Made by a program: the position numbers and the translations under genes. The notes beneath the pieces were generated by a model. That model made no database searches and was not told where the DNA came from. It saw only the letters and a program-made list of their open reading frames with translations. From Acidobacteriota bacterium (lineage in GTDB: Bacteria > Acidobacteriota > UBA6911 > RPQK01 > JAJDTT01), in NCBI GenBank assembly GCA_965217775.1, contig CBDCJH010000001.1, forward strand, positions 80,269 through 144,268: a stretch of DNA of 64,000 nucleotides, given 5' to 3'. Numbering within the stretch: the first letter of the stretch is position 1; every line of letters begins with the position of its first letter. This document shows, piece after piece, positions 41,000 to 53,680 of the stretch.

Positions 41000-42181
41000 T
41001 CATCCACCGGGACTGGTTCTTCGAAGGGGCTCGTCGTCCGTCAGGATGCGAAGGTATTCGTCGTAGGAGTAGGCGCGCCCGCGCCGCTTTCCCGTGATCT
41101 CGCGCAGCACGCCAAGACTCTCCAGCAACCCCACGGCCTTGCGGGTCGGCGGCGCCGTGAGGCCGAGCAGGTCTGACGCCGCGGCGACGGTAACGACCGG
41201 ACGGGACGGCAGGCGCTCGATCAGCCGGATGGCGGTCACGGTCGAACGCTCGTGGGCCAGAACGCGGCCACGGTCGCGCCCGACAAGCGTATGCAGCTTC
41301 CGAGCGACCCGAACGCCGTCATCGGCAGCCTCGCGCACGCATTCGAGGAAGAACTGGGTCCAACCCTCCCAATCGCCAGCGCTACGCACGGCCGCGAGCC
41401 GGGCGTAGTACTCCGGCTGGTTCCGCCTGAATGCCAGGCTGATGTAGAGAAGAGGCAGATCGAGCAGCCCCCAGTGATCCAACAGGAGCGCGATCAGCAA
41501 CCGGCCGATGCGTCCGTTGCCGTCGAGGAAGGGATGGATCGTCTCGAACTGGACGTGCGCGAGACCCGCCCGGACCAGCGGCGGGAAATCGCTGTCCTGG
41601 TGCAGCCACCGTTCCAGCGCACCGAGCGCGCCCGGCACCTCCTCCGGCGGAGGGGGCACGAAGCGGGCGTTGCCGGGCCGCCTGCCACCGATCCAGTTCT
41701 GTGAGCGGCGGATTTCGCCGGGCTGCACGTACTCGCCTCGTACACCCGCCATCAGGATACGGTGCGCCTCGCACAGGAGGCGGATGCTGAGCGGCAGCCC
41801 CTTGGGATCTGCGATTCGCGCGCGGGCGTGGGCGAGCGCGTCCACATAGTTGCAGACCTCGCGGACGTCGTCCGGACGGTCGCTACGGTGCGTGGCTTCG
41901 AAGGTGAGCACGTCGCGGAGCGTTGCCTGCGTGCCTTCGATCTGCGAGGTGACGACCGCCTCCTTGCGGACGAATCCGTAAAGGAACCAGTCGGTGCTCG
42001 GCACCATCGACCCCGCTACGGCAAGTCGGGCCAACGCGGTCATGGCGGCGGCATGAATCTCGGCGGCCACGCCGGCCAGGACCAGAGGCGGATCGACCGG
42101 AGGAAGCGGGTAGGGGACGAACGCGCGCACCTCTTCTCCGAGGGTGCTGGTGATGCGGTATTGACCGGTCTGGCGAGCCAC
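41000..42181 (-). CDS. Fic family protein
   Basis: EAV.TSQIEGT, SQNWIGG, HPFLDGNGRIGR, C-terminal HTH. Confidence 0.93.
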   Translation of the reverse strand: MARQTGQYRITSTLGEEVRAFVPYPLPPVDPPLVLAGVAAEIHAAAMTALARLAVAGSMVPSTDWFLYGFVRKEAVVTSQIEGTQATLRDVLTFEATHRSDRPDDVREVCNYVDALAHARARIADPKGLPLSIRLLCEAHRILMAGVRGEYVQPGEIRRSQNWIGGRRPGNARFVPPPPEEVPGALGALERWLHQDSDFPPLVRAGLAHVQFETIHPFLDGNGRIGRLLIALLLDHWGLLDLPLLYISLAFRRNQPEYYARLAAVRSAGDWEGWTQFFLECVREAADDGVRVARKLHTLVGRDRGRVLAHERSTVTAIRLIERLPSRPVVTVAAASDLLGLTAPPTRKAVGLLESLGVLREITGKRRGRAYSYDEYLRILTDDEPLRRTSPGG

Positions 42182-42268
42182 GATTGCGAAGCGCCCCTTT
42201 CCTGCGCTTCAATTTAAGAAAACGACCGTTTCTTCGTCAACCTGATAATGAATCGATCGGTTCCTTGT

Positions 42269-42460
42269 CTGCCCCGGCACGAGATCGAGGAACGCGGCGA
42301 TTGCGTGACGATACGCTTCCGACGTGCAGACTATGTTCCGCTCAGAGGTAAATGGGATGCCGTGATCGAGCGGCAAGAGCCGATTCTGGCGCTGCTCGAC
42401 GGCACGGAGGATGGCGTGGCGTGGCGCGAGATTGTCGCCGGTTTCGAGCTAGCGCCCCCG
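42269..42460 (+). pseudogene. Fragment resembling the C-terminus of ATP-binding/RecG-C-type (AlbA-HATPase) proteins
   Basis: LP..EIEERGDCVTIRF...ERQ..ILALL....G...REI; ends at a GGGGACAGTCAC repeat. Boundaries approximate. Confidence 0.4.
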
Positions 42461-42504
42461 CGAGAAGGGGACAGTCACTTGCTTTCCCGTCCGACGCCTT
42501 GTCG

Positions 42505-42650
42505 CACGCCTTGCACGTCCTCCCGATTGCGAGCGGCCATCAATATTCCCCGCTCCTCCACCCATTCGAACCGCCGCAACCCGAAGCGAGAACGGATCCT
42601 GTGCACGTGCGACGCCACTGTAGAGGGGTCCCCAGGATCGTTGTTCAAGG
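42505..42650 (-). pseudogene. IS1634-like transposase fragment
   Basis: NDPGDPSTVASHVHRIRSRFGLRRFEWVEERGILMAARNRED resembles the GNT.DP.T...V..L..RFG....VGDRGM...RI segment. Boundaries approximate. Confidence 0.5.
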
Positions 42651-42858
42651 CTGAACTGTAAAGGATGTCCTGACACCAAACAGCCAACGCATCACCCCCG
42701 AGTCGGCACGCCAACCCAAAGCCGGCGCCAATGGCGACGATGCCATCGGGGAGGCCCCGGCCCAGGCTGTCGCGCTCGTTCGTTACAACGTTCAGCGGAA
42801 GTGCCTTGATCACATCACGGGAGAAGATATATTTCGTAGATCCAAAAGGAGACTGTCC

Positions 42859-43098
42859 ATGGGTGCGACATCGCAGATCTGCAAGTGGGGGTCCAGCCTG
42901 GCCGTCCGTATCCCCAAGCCCATCGCCGAGCAGTGGGGGGTGCGTGAGGGCTCCGCCGTCGAGATGGTCTTGCGCGGCAACGAAGTCTTGCTGCGCAAGA
43001 AAACCGACAGCTTGGCCGACATGCTGGCGACTGTGACGGACGAGAATCTGCATCCCGAGGTGGACTCTGGGCCCGCCCAAGGCAATGAGGCATGGTAA
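42859..43098 (+). CDS. mazE: MazE/AbrB-family antitoxin
   Basis: KWGSSLAVRIPK..L.DML..VT.ENLHPEVD.GP..GNE.W; AAAGGAG RBS. Confidence 0.92.
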   Translation: MGATSQICKWGSSLAVRIPKPIAEQWGVREGSAVEMVLRGNEVLLRKKTDSLADMLATVTDENLHPEVDSGPAQGNEAW

Positions 43099-43445
43099 AA
43101 AGGTCCTACGTCCCCGGAAACGGGGAAATCGTGTGGCGGACCTTCAATCCTCAATCCGGCCATGAACAAGCCGGACGCCGCCCGGCCCTGGCGCTGAGCC
43201 CGAGAAGCTACAATCGGAAAACCAGCCTCGCCCTGTTCTGTCCCATCACCTCCCGAGCCAAGGGCTATCCCTTCGAGGTCTCCCTTCCTGCCGCCGACGC
43301 CGTCACCGGGGTCGTTCTGGCCGACCAGATCAAGAACCTGGATTGGCGGGCCAGACGGGTCCGTTTCGAATCGAAGGCGCCGCCCCGGGTGGTGAGCAAA
43401 GTTTTTGAGAAGTTGGCTGTTCTATTGGATCAAAAGGAATCCTGA
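43092..43445 (+). CDS. mazF: MazF endoribonuclease toxin
   Basis: YVP..GEIVW..FNPQSGHEQAGRRPAL.LSP..YN, CPITS..KGYPFEV, DQIKNLDWRAR. Confidence 0.95.
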   Translation: MVKRSYVPGNGEIVWRTFNPQSGHEQAGRRPALALSPRSYNRKTSLALFCPITSRAKGYPFEVSLPAADAVTGVVLADQIKNLDWRARRVRFESKAPPRVVSKVFEKLAVLLDQKES

Positions 43446-43560
43446 GCCGCACCGTGAACGGAAGCTAATCGAATTGACAGAGCGGAACCGAGAAGGGGAC
43501 AGTCACTTACTTTCACGATGGCCGTCTCCCCGAAACGCCCTGGAACCGAGAGGGGGACAG

Positions 43561-43632
43561 TTACTTTCTTTCCCTCCCGATGAAAAGCCTCGCCAACTCG
43601 CCGGGCAGGTTTTCATCGAGTCTTAGTCGCAT
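43561..43632 (-). pseudogene. DUF5615 PIN-like toxin, N-terminal stub
   Basis: MRLRLDENLPGELARLF, then cut off at repeat copy 3; directly downstream of the DUF433 gene. Confidence 0.7.
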
Positions 43633-43644
43633 GGGGAGTCTCTA

Positions 43645-46288
<2,644 letters not shown>

Positions 46289-46466
46289 GGCTTGGCCGTG
46301 ACAGATATTCGGATCGACGGATATGTACTCATCCCAGTCCATAGTCAATTCATCTCCGCGACACGGGTTCATGCTCCCCTTTCGCCTTATCCGCCGTCAA
46401 CCGCGACCCGTGCGCCATTATGTCGCGGCTAAGGCCATCGCTCTACGCCTCGCGAGAAGGGGACAG

Positions 46467-47510
46467 TCACTTTCTTTCTCGGTTCGGATTTGTGCCGCGG
46501 TTGGCTCGCTCTTGAATGTCGGCACATCTCTCCATCAGGGATTCGAACCGCTCTTCGTCATCAAGCAACATCCCATCGCCGAGCATTCTGCCGTAGTCGT
46601 CAGCCAGGGCTCTATAAAAGGGGCCGTGCGGCACCAGTTGCAACTCACCGGACACGGCGGCTTCGTAGTCGATCCAACTCCCTCCGGCGTCCTTTTCCCG
46701 GAAGAACGCCGACTTGTGCCGTGCTACCGAAAGCGCCAAGTTGCGGTCGGTTATTGACTTTGCGGCGACGCCCGCATCGTCCAAGCGGACCAGATCATAC
46801 CAGTGCCGAGAGAGCCGTTCTCCCCGGCTTCGCTGCTGGCGGCAGAAGACGTGCACGGCCGTCGCCTTTTCCCAGAAAGTGCGCTCCGCCAGCATGACGA
46901 AGGTGCGAGTTGAAGGAAAAGCCACCTCCGATATGTAGGGGGCCGCATCGCACGCTATCGAATGCTCTTTCCGGGGCTCCCCAGTCGAGCGCGCCCCGAA
47001 CTCCACCATCACTTCGGGTCTCACGAAGCCATAGTAGTCTGAGGCCAGCGGCTCATAACCGATGAAGACTCGGTCTCCCTCAGCGTGAACTCGGGCGGAG
47101 GGGTCCAAACCCGACAGGTTCGCCTCAATGGCAGGCAGCGCATGGTCTTCTACCCACACCGCCAGCCGCTTCCTGATTTTCCGCGTCCATCTCTGCTCTT
47201 GGCTGCGAGTAGGTGGAAGCGCATCCTCGCCACGGCCTGTTACCAGGTCGGGAGCAATGGCCCGGATGTCATAGGTGATGTCAAGGTCTTCCGAGAAACG
47301 ACGAATGGCATGATACACCTTGGCCAGAGAAATGCCTCCCTTGAAGGTTAGATCCCTGCCGAAGGGGCTCTCCGTGAGAGCCCCTAACGTATGCACGACC
47401 CATATGTCCTTCTCCAGGAGATGAGCACTCCTTCCACTCAGGCTGGCCGCCACCCCCAAGACATCCCGCCGGTCCTCGGAAGAAAGCGACTGAAAAGACG
47501 TATCAGCCAT
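46467..47510 (-). CDS. Type IV TA toxin, AbiEii nucleotidyltransferase
   Basis: LLEKDIWV, FKGGISL.K, RFSEDLD, EFGARS, RTFWEK, SRHWYD; stop codon lies inside repeat copy 4. Confidence 0.9.
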   Translation of the reverse strand: MADTSFQSLSSEDRRDVLGVAASLSGRSAHLLEKDIWVVHTLGALTESPFGRDLTFKGGISLAKVYHAIRRFSEDLDITYDIRAIAPDLVTGRGEDALPPTRSQEQRWTRKIRKRLAVWVEDHALPAIEANLSGLDPSARVHAEGDRVFIGYEPLASDYYGFVRPEVMVEFGARSTGEPRKEHSIACDAAPYISEVAFPSTRTFVMLAERTFWEKATAVHVFCRQQRSRGERLSRHWYDLVRLDDAGVAAKSITDRNLALSVARHKSAFFREKDAGGSWIDYEAAVSGELQLVPHGPFYRALADDYGRMLGDGMLLDDEERFESLMERCADIQERANRGTNPNRERK

Positions 47511-48099
47511 CGGCAACCAGTCCGCTCACGGGTTCTGCCATCCAGGCGGGCATTACGGCACGCGATGCCGCCAACTCCTGCAGGTCTTCGGCGGAGAGTT
47601 TGCGCCTGATCACGTCCAGACTCGCCTCCACTTCGTCTGGCCCCAGCCAGGACAGTGCGCGAACTGCCGCGCCGGCCGGCCGGTGTGGCGCTGCCAGTTG
47701 CCAACGGGGGGCATGGCGCAACTCCACCATCAATTCACCGAGCTTCAGCCTGCGATTGGGTCCGGAGGTCAGGTACACGGACCGCACCGGGACCTGTGTG
47801 GTGAGTCCAAGGGAGTTTGCTGCCGCGCCGCCACAAGGGACAATCACCTGGCTCCAGAGTGCGGACAGTGATTCGATCACCTTCTCGACCGCTGGTGGTC
47901 GAGGACCGAAGCGGGTCTGGATGGGCCGCACGTATACTCCCGGGCAGACTCGGATCAGTCGTCCACTACGGGCAAGGCGCGACAACGCTTGGTCGATTGC
48001 CGCTCTGTTCCCCAAGTGTAGAAGAGCGCTTGGGCACAGCAGAGTACCCTCCGGTGACTCGGCGGCCTGGGTCATTATCCGGCGAGGAAGGCTGGGCAC
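47503..48099 (-). CDS. DUF6088/AbiEi-family antitoxin
   Basis: GNRAAIDQALSRL..G.L.R...GVY, GAAANSLGLTTQVP..YLTSG, P.WM. Confidence 0.88.
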   Translation of the reverse strand: MPSLPRRIMTQAAESPEGTLLCPSALLHLGNRAAIDQALSRLARSGRLIRVCPGVYVRPIQTRFGPRPPAVEKVIESLSALWSQVIVPCGGAAANSLGLTTQVPVRSVYLTSGPNRRLKLGELMVELRHAPRWQLAAPHRPAGAAVRALSWLGPDEVEASLDVIRRKLSAEDLQELAASRAVMPAWMAEPVSGLVADG

Positions 48100-48121
48100 T
48101 GAGGTCGTCTCCGCGATAGAA

Positions 48122-48149
48122 TGTCAGAAATACAGCATATAGTCTGACA
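48122..48149. promoter_or_regulatory. Inverted-repeat operator upstream of the abiE pair
   Basis: TGTCAGA-N14-TCTGACA just upstream of the antitoxin start; AbiEi proteins autoregulate through such inverted repeats. Confidence 0.6.
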
Positions 48150-48350
48150 ATTTGCAAGGTGGAAACCGCGCAATGTCCTCGCGAGAAGGGGACAGTCACT
48201 GTCTTTTCCGAGAAGGGGACAGTCACTGTCTTTTCGATGTCCACGCCTTACCCACCGGCAACCGCGACCGTTGGGCCAGTGCGTTGCGGCTAAAGCCATC
48301 GCGCTACGCCCCGCGGGAAGGGGGACAGTCACCTATTTTCACGATGGCCG

Positions 48351-48737
48351 TCAGAGTACCTGGATCGGTCCCGGGTAGCGCCCAACGACTTCATCCACCG
48401 TCACCAGCGTCACCCCTTCAATCAGAGCCTGTGCGACCAGGAGGCGGTCGAATGGATCCTTGTGGATCGGCGGCAGCCCATGCACAGCCACTGCATGGGC
48501 GCCGGTCACGGCCAATTCCGTGTAACCATTCTCCAGCAACCCCCGGCGCAGCAGGCTTGGATCGACGCTGAAATCCGCGCGTCCCAACCCGTTCTTGATG
48601 GCTACCTCCCAGAGCGATGCCACACTATAGATCAACTCCGTCGCAGGGTTTTCGATCAGCGTGCGCGCATCGGCCGGCAACCGATCCGGCACGCCCGCGG
48701 CCCAGAGCAGGACATGAGTGTCAAGGAGGAAACTCAC
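48351..48737 (-). CDS. vapC: VapC PIN-domain toxin
   Basis: LLDTHVLLW, S.ASLWEVAIK, LPPIHKDPFDRLLVAQA. Confidence 0.93.
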   Translation of the reverse strand: MSFLLDTHVLLWAAGVPDRLPADARTLIENPATELIYSVASLWEVAIKNGLGRADFSVDPSLLRRGLLENGYTELAVTGAHAVAVHGLPPIHKDPFDRLLVAQALIEGVTLVTVDEVVGRYPGPIQVL

Positions 48738-48979
48738 TCTCCACCTTCGAACAATGTCTCGATCTCGTCAGCGCCCATACGGTCGAAGTCGGACGGCACC
48801 GAGATTCTGCCGGCCAGAAACCCGATTCGGCACACTGCCCCGGGATCCGGCGCCTCTACCGCGACGACTTTGACCATCGGCTTGCCGGCCCGAGCGATGA
48901 TGAACGGCTCGCCATGGGCGGCGGCCTGTACGAGACGCGAAAGGTGCGTCTTGGCTTCGTGCATATTGACGGTGCGCAT
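48734..48979 (-). CDS. Phd/YefM-family antitoxin
   Basis: VNMHEAKTHLSRLV..A..GE..IIARAGKP; AGGAGG RBS. Confidence 0.93.
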   Translation of the reverse strand: MRTVNMHEAKTHLSRLVQAAAHGEPFIIARAGKPMVKVVAVEAPDPGAVCRIGFLAGRISVPSDFDRMGADEIETLFEGGE

Positions 48980-49229
48980 GCAATCCTCCTGAGACTTAGT
49001 CCAATAAACTTAGTTTATTGGAGATCATGCTGCAAGGGGCGACTGGCCGGGATGGAATTTATTTTCTACTGAGCCGGCTCGACGCCTCTTCCGTGAGCAG
49101 CAGGCGTTCATCCCACCTTCACAGCGAGATGCGATCCGCGACGTTGCGGGTTGGCGGGGGCGCTGGAAACCGAATGCTGCGTCTGCGGCCAGAAGAGGAA
49201 GGGGGGGAGAAGGCGACTTCGTGGAGGGG

Positions 49230-49302
49230 TGCCGGGGGACGGAATCGAACCGCCGACACGGGGATTTTCAGTCCCCTGCTCTACCGACTGAGCTACCCCG
49301 GC
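49230..49302 (-). tRNA. tRNA-Phe (GAA)
   Basis: GCCGGGGTAGCTCAGTCGGTAGAGCAGGGGACTGAAAATCCCCGTGTCGGCGGTTCGATTCCGTCCCCCGGCA; followed by CCC rather than CCA. Confidence 0.97.
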
Positions 49303-49501
49303 TCTCGAAAAGGGTTGTATTCTACCAGAACCCGTGAGGCCTGCAAGATAGGCCCGACCAACTGTGGAGCCGCGCAAGCCGCGCAGAAAAAAGGGGCGTG
49401 GGAACGCAGGCTTTGCAGCCGGCGGTTTCGGGTCGGCGATTAAGAGGGCGACAAGAAAGTCGCCTGCCAGGTTGCTCCCTATGTTTTTCAACGAAGTGGG
49501 C

Positions 49502-49533
49502 AGGGCCCCGGAGGGGGGAGGTTCCGGGGCCCT
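49502..49533 (-). terminator. GC-rich hairpin downstream of hsp20
   Basis: AGGGCCCCGGA...TCCGGGGCCCT, 11-bp stem just after the stop; U-tract weak. Confidence 0.5.
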
Positions 49534-49546
49534 CGGGCAGGGAGCT

Positions 49547-49990
49547 TCAGCTGACTCGAACCGCGATCTGCTTGGGTTTCGCCGCTTGCAGCTTGGGGAC
49601 CGAGATGCTGAGAACTCCGTTCCTCAGTTCGGCCGAGACCTTCTCCCGATCCAGTCCGCGGGGAAGCCGGAAGGACCGTTGGAAACGCCCGTGCCATCTC
49701 TGGACCTGGCGGTACGTGCGATCCTCCTTCTCCTGGGCCTTGTGCTCGCCCTTGACTTCCAGACAGCCGTTGTTGACGTTGACCTCGATCTCGCTCTTGT
49801 CGAATCCGGGCAGCTCCATGGTGAAGACCAGGCTTTCTCCGGTCTCGTACACGTCCGAGATGGGCCGGCGCACCGGCTGGATCTCCTCACTGTCGGTGGG
49901 AGCCAGGAAACGGCTATCCCGCCAGAAATGATCCATCAATCGGTGCAATCCGTTGATGCCTGCGAATGGCGTTACTCTGATGAGACTCAT
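49547..49990 (-). CDS. Hsp20/alpha-crystallin small heat-shock protein
   Basis: DVYET..ELPG..LEVKGE..GRFQRSFRLP..A.LRNGVL.I..PK; GAGGAGG RBS. Confidence 0.93.
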   Translation of the reverse strand: MSLIRVTPFAGINGLHRLMDHFWRDSRFLAPTDSEEIQPVRRPISDVYETGESLVFTMELPGFDKSEIEVNVNNGCLEVKGEHKAQEKEDRTYRQVQRWHGRFQRSFRLPRGLDREKVSAELRNGVLSISVPKLQAAKPKQIAVRVS

Positions 49991-50153
49991 TGTTGACCTC
50001 CTCGTCATATCGTTCGTTCCGTTTGTTCCTTCTTGGCGCGCCACTGTTCTAGTAAGATCGGCTCCGGGGGCTGTCAAGGTCGGTGTCCGGGAGCGGCGTG
50101 AACACCTGCGAATCTTGGGAATTGAGTAGAGCGGAGCGAGAGAAGAGGCGACA

Positions 50154-51356
50154 GTGAGGCGAGTCTACCTGGACAACAACGCCACGACGCGAGTGGATCC
50201 CCTTGTGCTGGAGGCCATGTCGCCTCACTTTCTCCAGGACTTCGGCAACGCCTCGTCGATTCACGAATTCGGACAGCAGGCCCGCGAGGCGGTGGAGACC
50301 GCCCGGCAGGGGGTCGCCGATCTCATCGGCAGCCTGCCCAAGGAGATCATCTTCACCAGCGGGGGGACCGAGTCCGACAACACCGCCATCCGGGGTATCG
50401 CCGCCAGCCACTCCGAGGAAGGGCGGCACCTCATCACCACCACCATCGAGCATCCCGCGGTTCTGCGGACCATGGAGCAACTGGAGGAGGAAGGATTCCA
50501 GGTGACCTACCTGCCGGTGGACCGTCAGGGGTTGATCCGCCTTGACGACCTGCACGCGGCGGTTCGTGAGGACACGATCCTCATCTCCATCATGCATGCC
50601 AACAACGAGACCGGTGCGATTCAAGACTTGCCCGCGGTGGGATGGTTGGCCCGGGAAAAGGGAATCCTCTTCCACACCGACGCGGTCCAGTCGACCGGAA
50701 AGATACCCCTGGACGTGAACGACCTGGGAGTAGACCTGCTTTCACTATCGGGTCACAAGATCCATGGACCCAAGGGGGTCGGGGCCCTCTACATTCGCCA
50801 AGGGGTGGAGATGAAGTCGCTGCTCCTGGGCGGCTCTCACGAACGGGGACGCCGGGGAGGCACCGAGAACGTGCCGGGCATCGTCGGCCTGGGCAAGGCG
50901 GCCGCCCTGGCGAGGGACGGCCTGGCGGATTTCGATCTCCGGGTCCGATCCCTACGCGACCGGATCGAGACGGGACTCCTGGAGCGTATTCCCCAGGCCA
51001 GAATCAATGGATCGACGCTCCGAAGGATGCCTCACACCACCAACTTGAGTTTTCGAGGCGTCGAGGGAGAAGCCCTCCTCATTTCATTGGACCTTCAGGG
51101 GATCGCGGTCTCTACCGGCGCGGCTTGCTCTTCGGGATCGTTGGAGCCTTCCCACGTCTTGAAGGCCATGGGGTTCAGGAACCGCCGGGTCGAGAGTGCG
51201 CTTCGGCTCAGCCTCAGCCGGATGACCACCGACGAAGAGATCACTACAGCTCTGGACGTGCTCCCGCGAACCATCCGGAGGATGCGGGAGCTCTCCCCTC
51301 TCTACCGGGAAAGTCGAGACCGTGTACAGCGAAAAGGCCAGAGAGCTCATTCGTGA
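50154..51356 (+). CDS. iscS: Cysteine desulfurase (IscS/NifS)
   Basis: YLDNNATT, FTSGGTESDN, HTDAVQ, SGHKIHGPKG, STGAACSSG. Confidence 0.93.
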   Translation: MRRVYLDNNATTRVDPLVLEAMSPHFLQDFGNASSIHEFGQQAREAVETARQGVADLIGSLPKEIIFTSGGTESDNTAIRGIAASHSEEGRHLITTTIEHPAVLRTMEQLEEEGFQVTYLPVDRQGLIRLDDLHAAVREDTILISIMHANNETGAIQDLPAVGWLAREKGILFHTDAVQSTGKIPLDVNDLGVDLLSLSGHKIHGPKGVGALYIRQGVEMKSLLLGGSHERGRRGGTENVPGIVGLGKAAALARDGLADFDLRVRSLRDRIETGLLERIPQARINGSTLRRMPHTTNLSFRGVEGEALLISLDLQGIAVSTGAACSSGSLEPSHVLKAMGFRNRRVESALRLSLSRMTTDEEITTALDVLPRTIRRMRELSPLYRESRDRVQRKGQRAHS

Positions 51357-51681
51357 GCTTCCCAACCGGGGAAGCCTCACCGGCGCCACTCATACGGCCC
51401 GAGCCGAAAACCCGATCTGCGGCGACATCACCCATCTCTACCTGAAGCTGCAGCAGGACGTCGTGGTGGACAGCCGCTTCGAGACCTATGGCTGCCCGGC
51501 CGCCATCGCCGCCTCCGCCGCTGTAACCCAAATGTGCCGGCATCGCCGGAGCTGGGAGTGCCGGGAAATCACGGCCGAATCGATCCTGGACTACCTGGGA
51601 GGACTGCCTTCCCACAAGCTGCATGCTGCGGATCTGGCCGTGGACGTCCTTCGCAAAGCTTTGCGGGCTAACGAACCGTGA
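51322..51681 (+). CDS. IscU/NifU-like Fe-S scaffold protein
   Basis: ENPICGD, FETYGCPAAIA, LGGLP..KLH; GTG start overlapping iscS. Confidence 0.85.
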   Translation: MYSEKARELIRELPNRGSLTGATHTARAENPICGDITHLYLKLQQDVVVDSRFETYGCPAAIAASAAVTQMCRHRRSWECREITAESILDYLGGLPSHKLHAADLAVDVLRKALRANEP

Positions 51682-52471
51682 CCTGGACCGGGTCTCCCAC
51701 CGTCAGGCCTAGAATCTCGGCTGCCGACCGCTCGGAGCCGGCGATCTCGTAGTACCCGCTGCTCCCCTTCAGATAGACGAGCTCTTCCGGCGGCGCCTCG
51801 GCGTAGGTGCGGCAATGGCGGCCGATTCTTCGGCCCCCGGCCGAAAACTCCACCAATTGTGGCTGATAACCCAGGAGATCCCGAAGCTCCCGGTCGTGGA
51901 CGCTGGTGATGACGTTGCCGAAGCGATCGACCTGAAGCACGACTCCGCGGATTCGGCCCGACTCCTCCCGTTGCAGAAGGGTCAGCGGTAGTTGGTGCCA
52001 ATCCGTCACCTCCGGCCCCAGTTGATCCGGTTCCAAACCGCAGGCCAGCCAGGCTGCGGCGGGTCCGAAGACGTCCCGGCCGTGAAAGGTGGCCGACACC
52101 GTCTCTCGGCAATGCCTCGCCGACTCGATGGAGATGACCTGCCTCACCTTCTCCCGCCGGTAGATCAGCGTGAAGAGGCCGTTGTCCGGTCCGACGAAGC
52201 GATACCGGTCCGTGGAGACGACGATGCCTCGCCGCTCCGACCCCACCCCCGGATCCACGACCGCCAAGTGAACGGTCCCGGCGGGGAAGTAGGAATAGCT
52301 GCAAGCCAGATTGAATGCGCCCTCGAGAATGTTGTGAGAGGCGATCTCGTGGGTGATGTCTACGATCCGGGCCCGGGGACAGATTTGGAGAATGGCTCCC
52401 TTGACCGCGCCGACGTACGGACCGCTGCTCCCGAAATCGCTGCTGAAGGTGATGATGGGTGGGGAGGCCAT
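51668..52471 (-). CDS. DUF62 SAM hydroxide adenosyltransferase/halogenase family protein
   Basis: ITFSSDFG, VDITH, VVDPGVGS, GPDNG, TFHGRDVF, DRFGN. Confidence 0.9.
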   Translation of the reverse strand: MASPPIITFSSDFGSSGPYVGAVKGAILQICPRARIVDITHEIASHNILEGAFNLACSYSYFPAGTVHLAVVDPGVGSERRGIVVSTDRYRFVGPDNGLFTLIYRREKVRQVISIESARHCRETVSATFHGRDVFGPAAAWLACGLEPDQLGPEVTDWHQLPLTLLQREESGRIRGVVLQVDRFGNVITSVHDRELRDLLGYQPQLVEFSAGGRRIGRHCRTYAEAPPEELVYLKGSSGYYEIAGSERSAAEILGLTVGDPVQVTVR

Positions 52472-52484
52472 AAGATCACCCGCA

Positions 52485-53624
52485 CTATTTCCGATTCGGA
52501 ATAAGCCTCGTGATGCCCGCCTCGAACCGCCTGAGCCCACGTTCCAGCGATTCGGGCAGGCAGGCAAACGAAAGCCTCAGGAAGCCTTCTCCCTCGGAGC
52601 CGAAGGCGGCGCCGGGAATGGTGGCCACCTTGTCCTGGAGCAGTTCCAGGCTCGCCGAGAGGCTGTCGAGACCCGTTTTCTCGATGGAGACCATGACGTA
52701 GAAGGCTCCGTCGGGAGGAACGAAGGTCTGTCCCATCCGCTGGTCGAGCCAATGGCACGTGAATCGGCAGTTCCGCACCATTCGCCGCCGCATCCGGTCG
52801 ATCTCGTTCCTGCCTTCCGGCGTGAACAGCGCCAGAGCCGCCCTCTGGGTCAACGTGGAGGCACAGATGGAGGTGTTTTGGTGAAGCACCGTCACCTTGT
52901 CGATGATGGCCTGGGGCCCGCAGGCCCACCCCAGTCGCCACCCGGTCATGGCGGCCGCCTTGGAGAGCCCGCAGATGACGATGGCGGCGTCCGTTGCGTC
53001 CATGGCCGACGGAGGTGACGACCCGAAATAGGTCTCCCGGTAGATCTCGTCGCTGACGAGCACCAGGTCTCTCTCGTCGGCCAGACGCGCCGCAGCCCGC
53101 AACTGTTCCAAAGTGAGGCTCCGGCCCGTCGGATTGGAAGGCGTATTGAGGATCAACGCCCGGGTTCGAGGTGAGACCAGGGCCTCGAGCTCCTCCAGAT
53201 CCAACCGGAAGCCGTGGCTGGCCCTCATGGAGTAAGGGACCGGCTCTGCACCAGCCAGACGCGCCGCAGTAGCGTAAGAGACATAACCCGGATTGGGAAC
53301 CAGGACTTCGTCTCCCGGTCCCACCAGTGCGAACACCACGTCAAACAGAGCCTCCTGGCTTCCGTTGGTCACACAGACCGAATGACCCTCGCGGGCGCCG
53401 TGGTATTCGTGGATTCGACGGCAGAGCTCGGGGACCCCGGCGTTTGGGGAGTATCCGATCCGTCCGCCCTCCAATACCCGGCGCGCCTGTTCCCGGACCA
53501 ACGGGGGATCGGCGAACTCCGGCTCGCCCAGTCCCAGATTCACGCAGCCCGCGGCCCGGGACATGATCTGGCGGATCATCGAGATCTCGATACCGTCCAG
53601 GCGTCGGGCGAATCTGGGACTCAT
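52485..53624 (-). CDS. Class I/II PLP aminotransferase (candidate DAP-pathway aminotransferase)
   Basis: NLGLGEP, NTPSNPTG, SDEIY, SKAAAMTGWRLG; follows dapD. Confidence 0.85.
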   Translation of the reverse strand: MSPRFARRLDGIEISMIRQIMSRAAGCVNLGLGEPEFADPPLVREQARRVLEGGRIGYSPNAGVPELCRRIHEYHGAREGHSVCVTNGSQEALFDVVFALVGPGDEVLVPNPGYVSYATAARLAGAEPVPYSMRASHGFRLDLEELEALVSPRTRALILNTPSNPTGRSLTLEQLRAAARLADERDLVLVSDEIYRETYFGSSPPSAMDATDAAIVICGLSKAAAMTGWRLGWACGPQAIIDKVTVLHQNTSICASTLTQRAALALFTPEGRNEIDRMRRRMVRNCRFTCHWLDQRMGQTFVPPDGAFYVMVSIEKTGLDSLSASLELLQDKVATIPGAAFGSEGEGFLRLSFACLPESLERGLRRFEAGITRLIPNRK

Positions 53625-53680
53625 GGGGAACCGGCGGGAAAGGGGCGAACCAGGCGAACCTCGCCGACTGTCGCCACGGG

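Noticed and set aside
49991-50150. CIRCE/HAIR heat-shock operator upstream of hsp20
   Set aside because: Only a half-site-like TTGAGT is present; no convincing inverted repeat.
51668-52471. Fluorinase/chlorinase natural-product gene
   Set aside because: Housekeeping context and standard DUF62 motifs favour SAM hydrolase; no biosynthetic cluster nearby.
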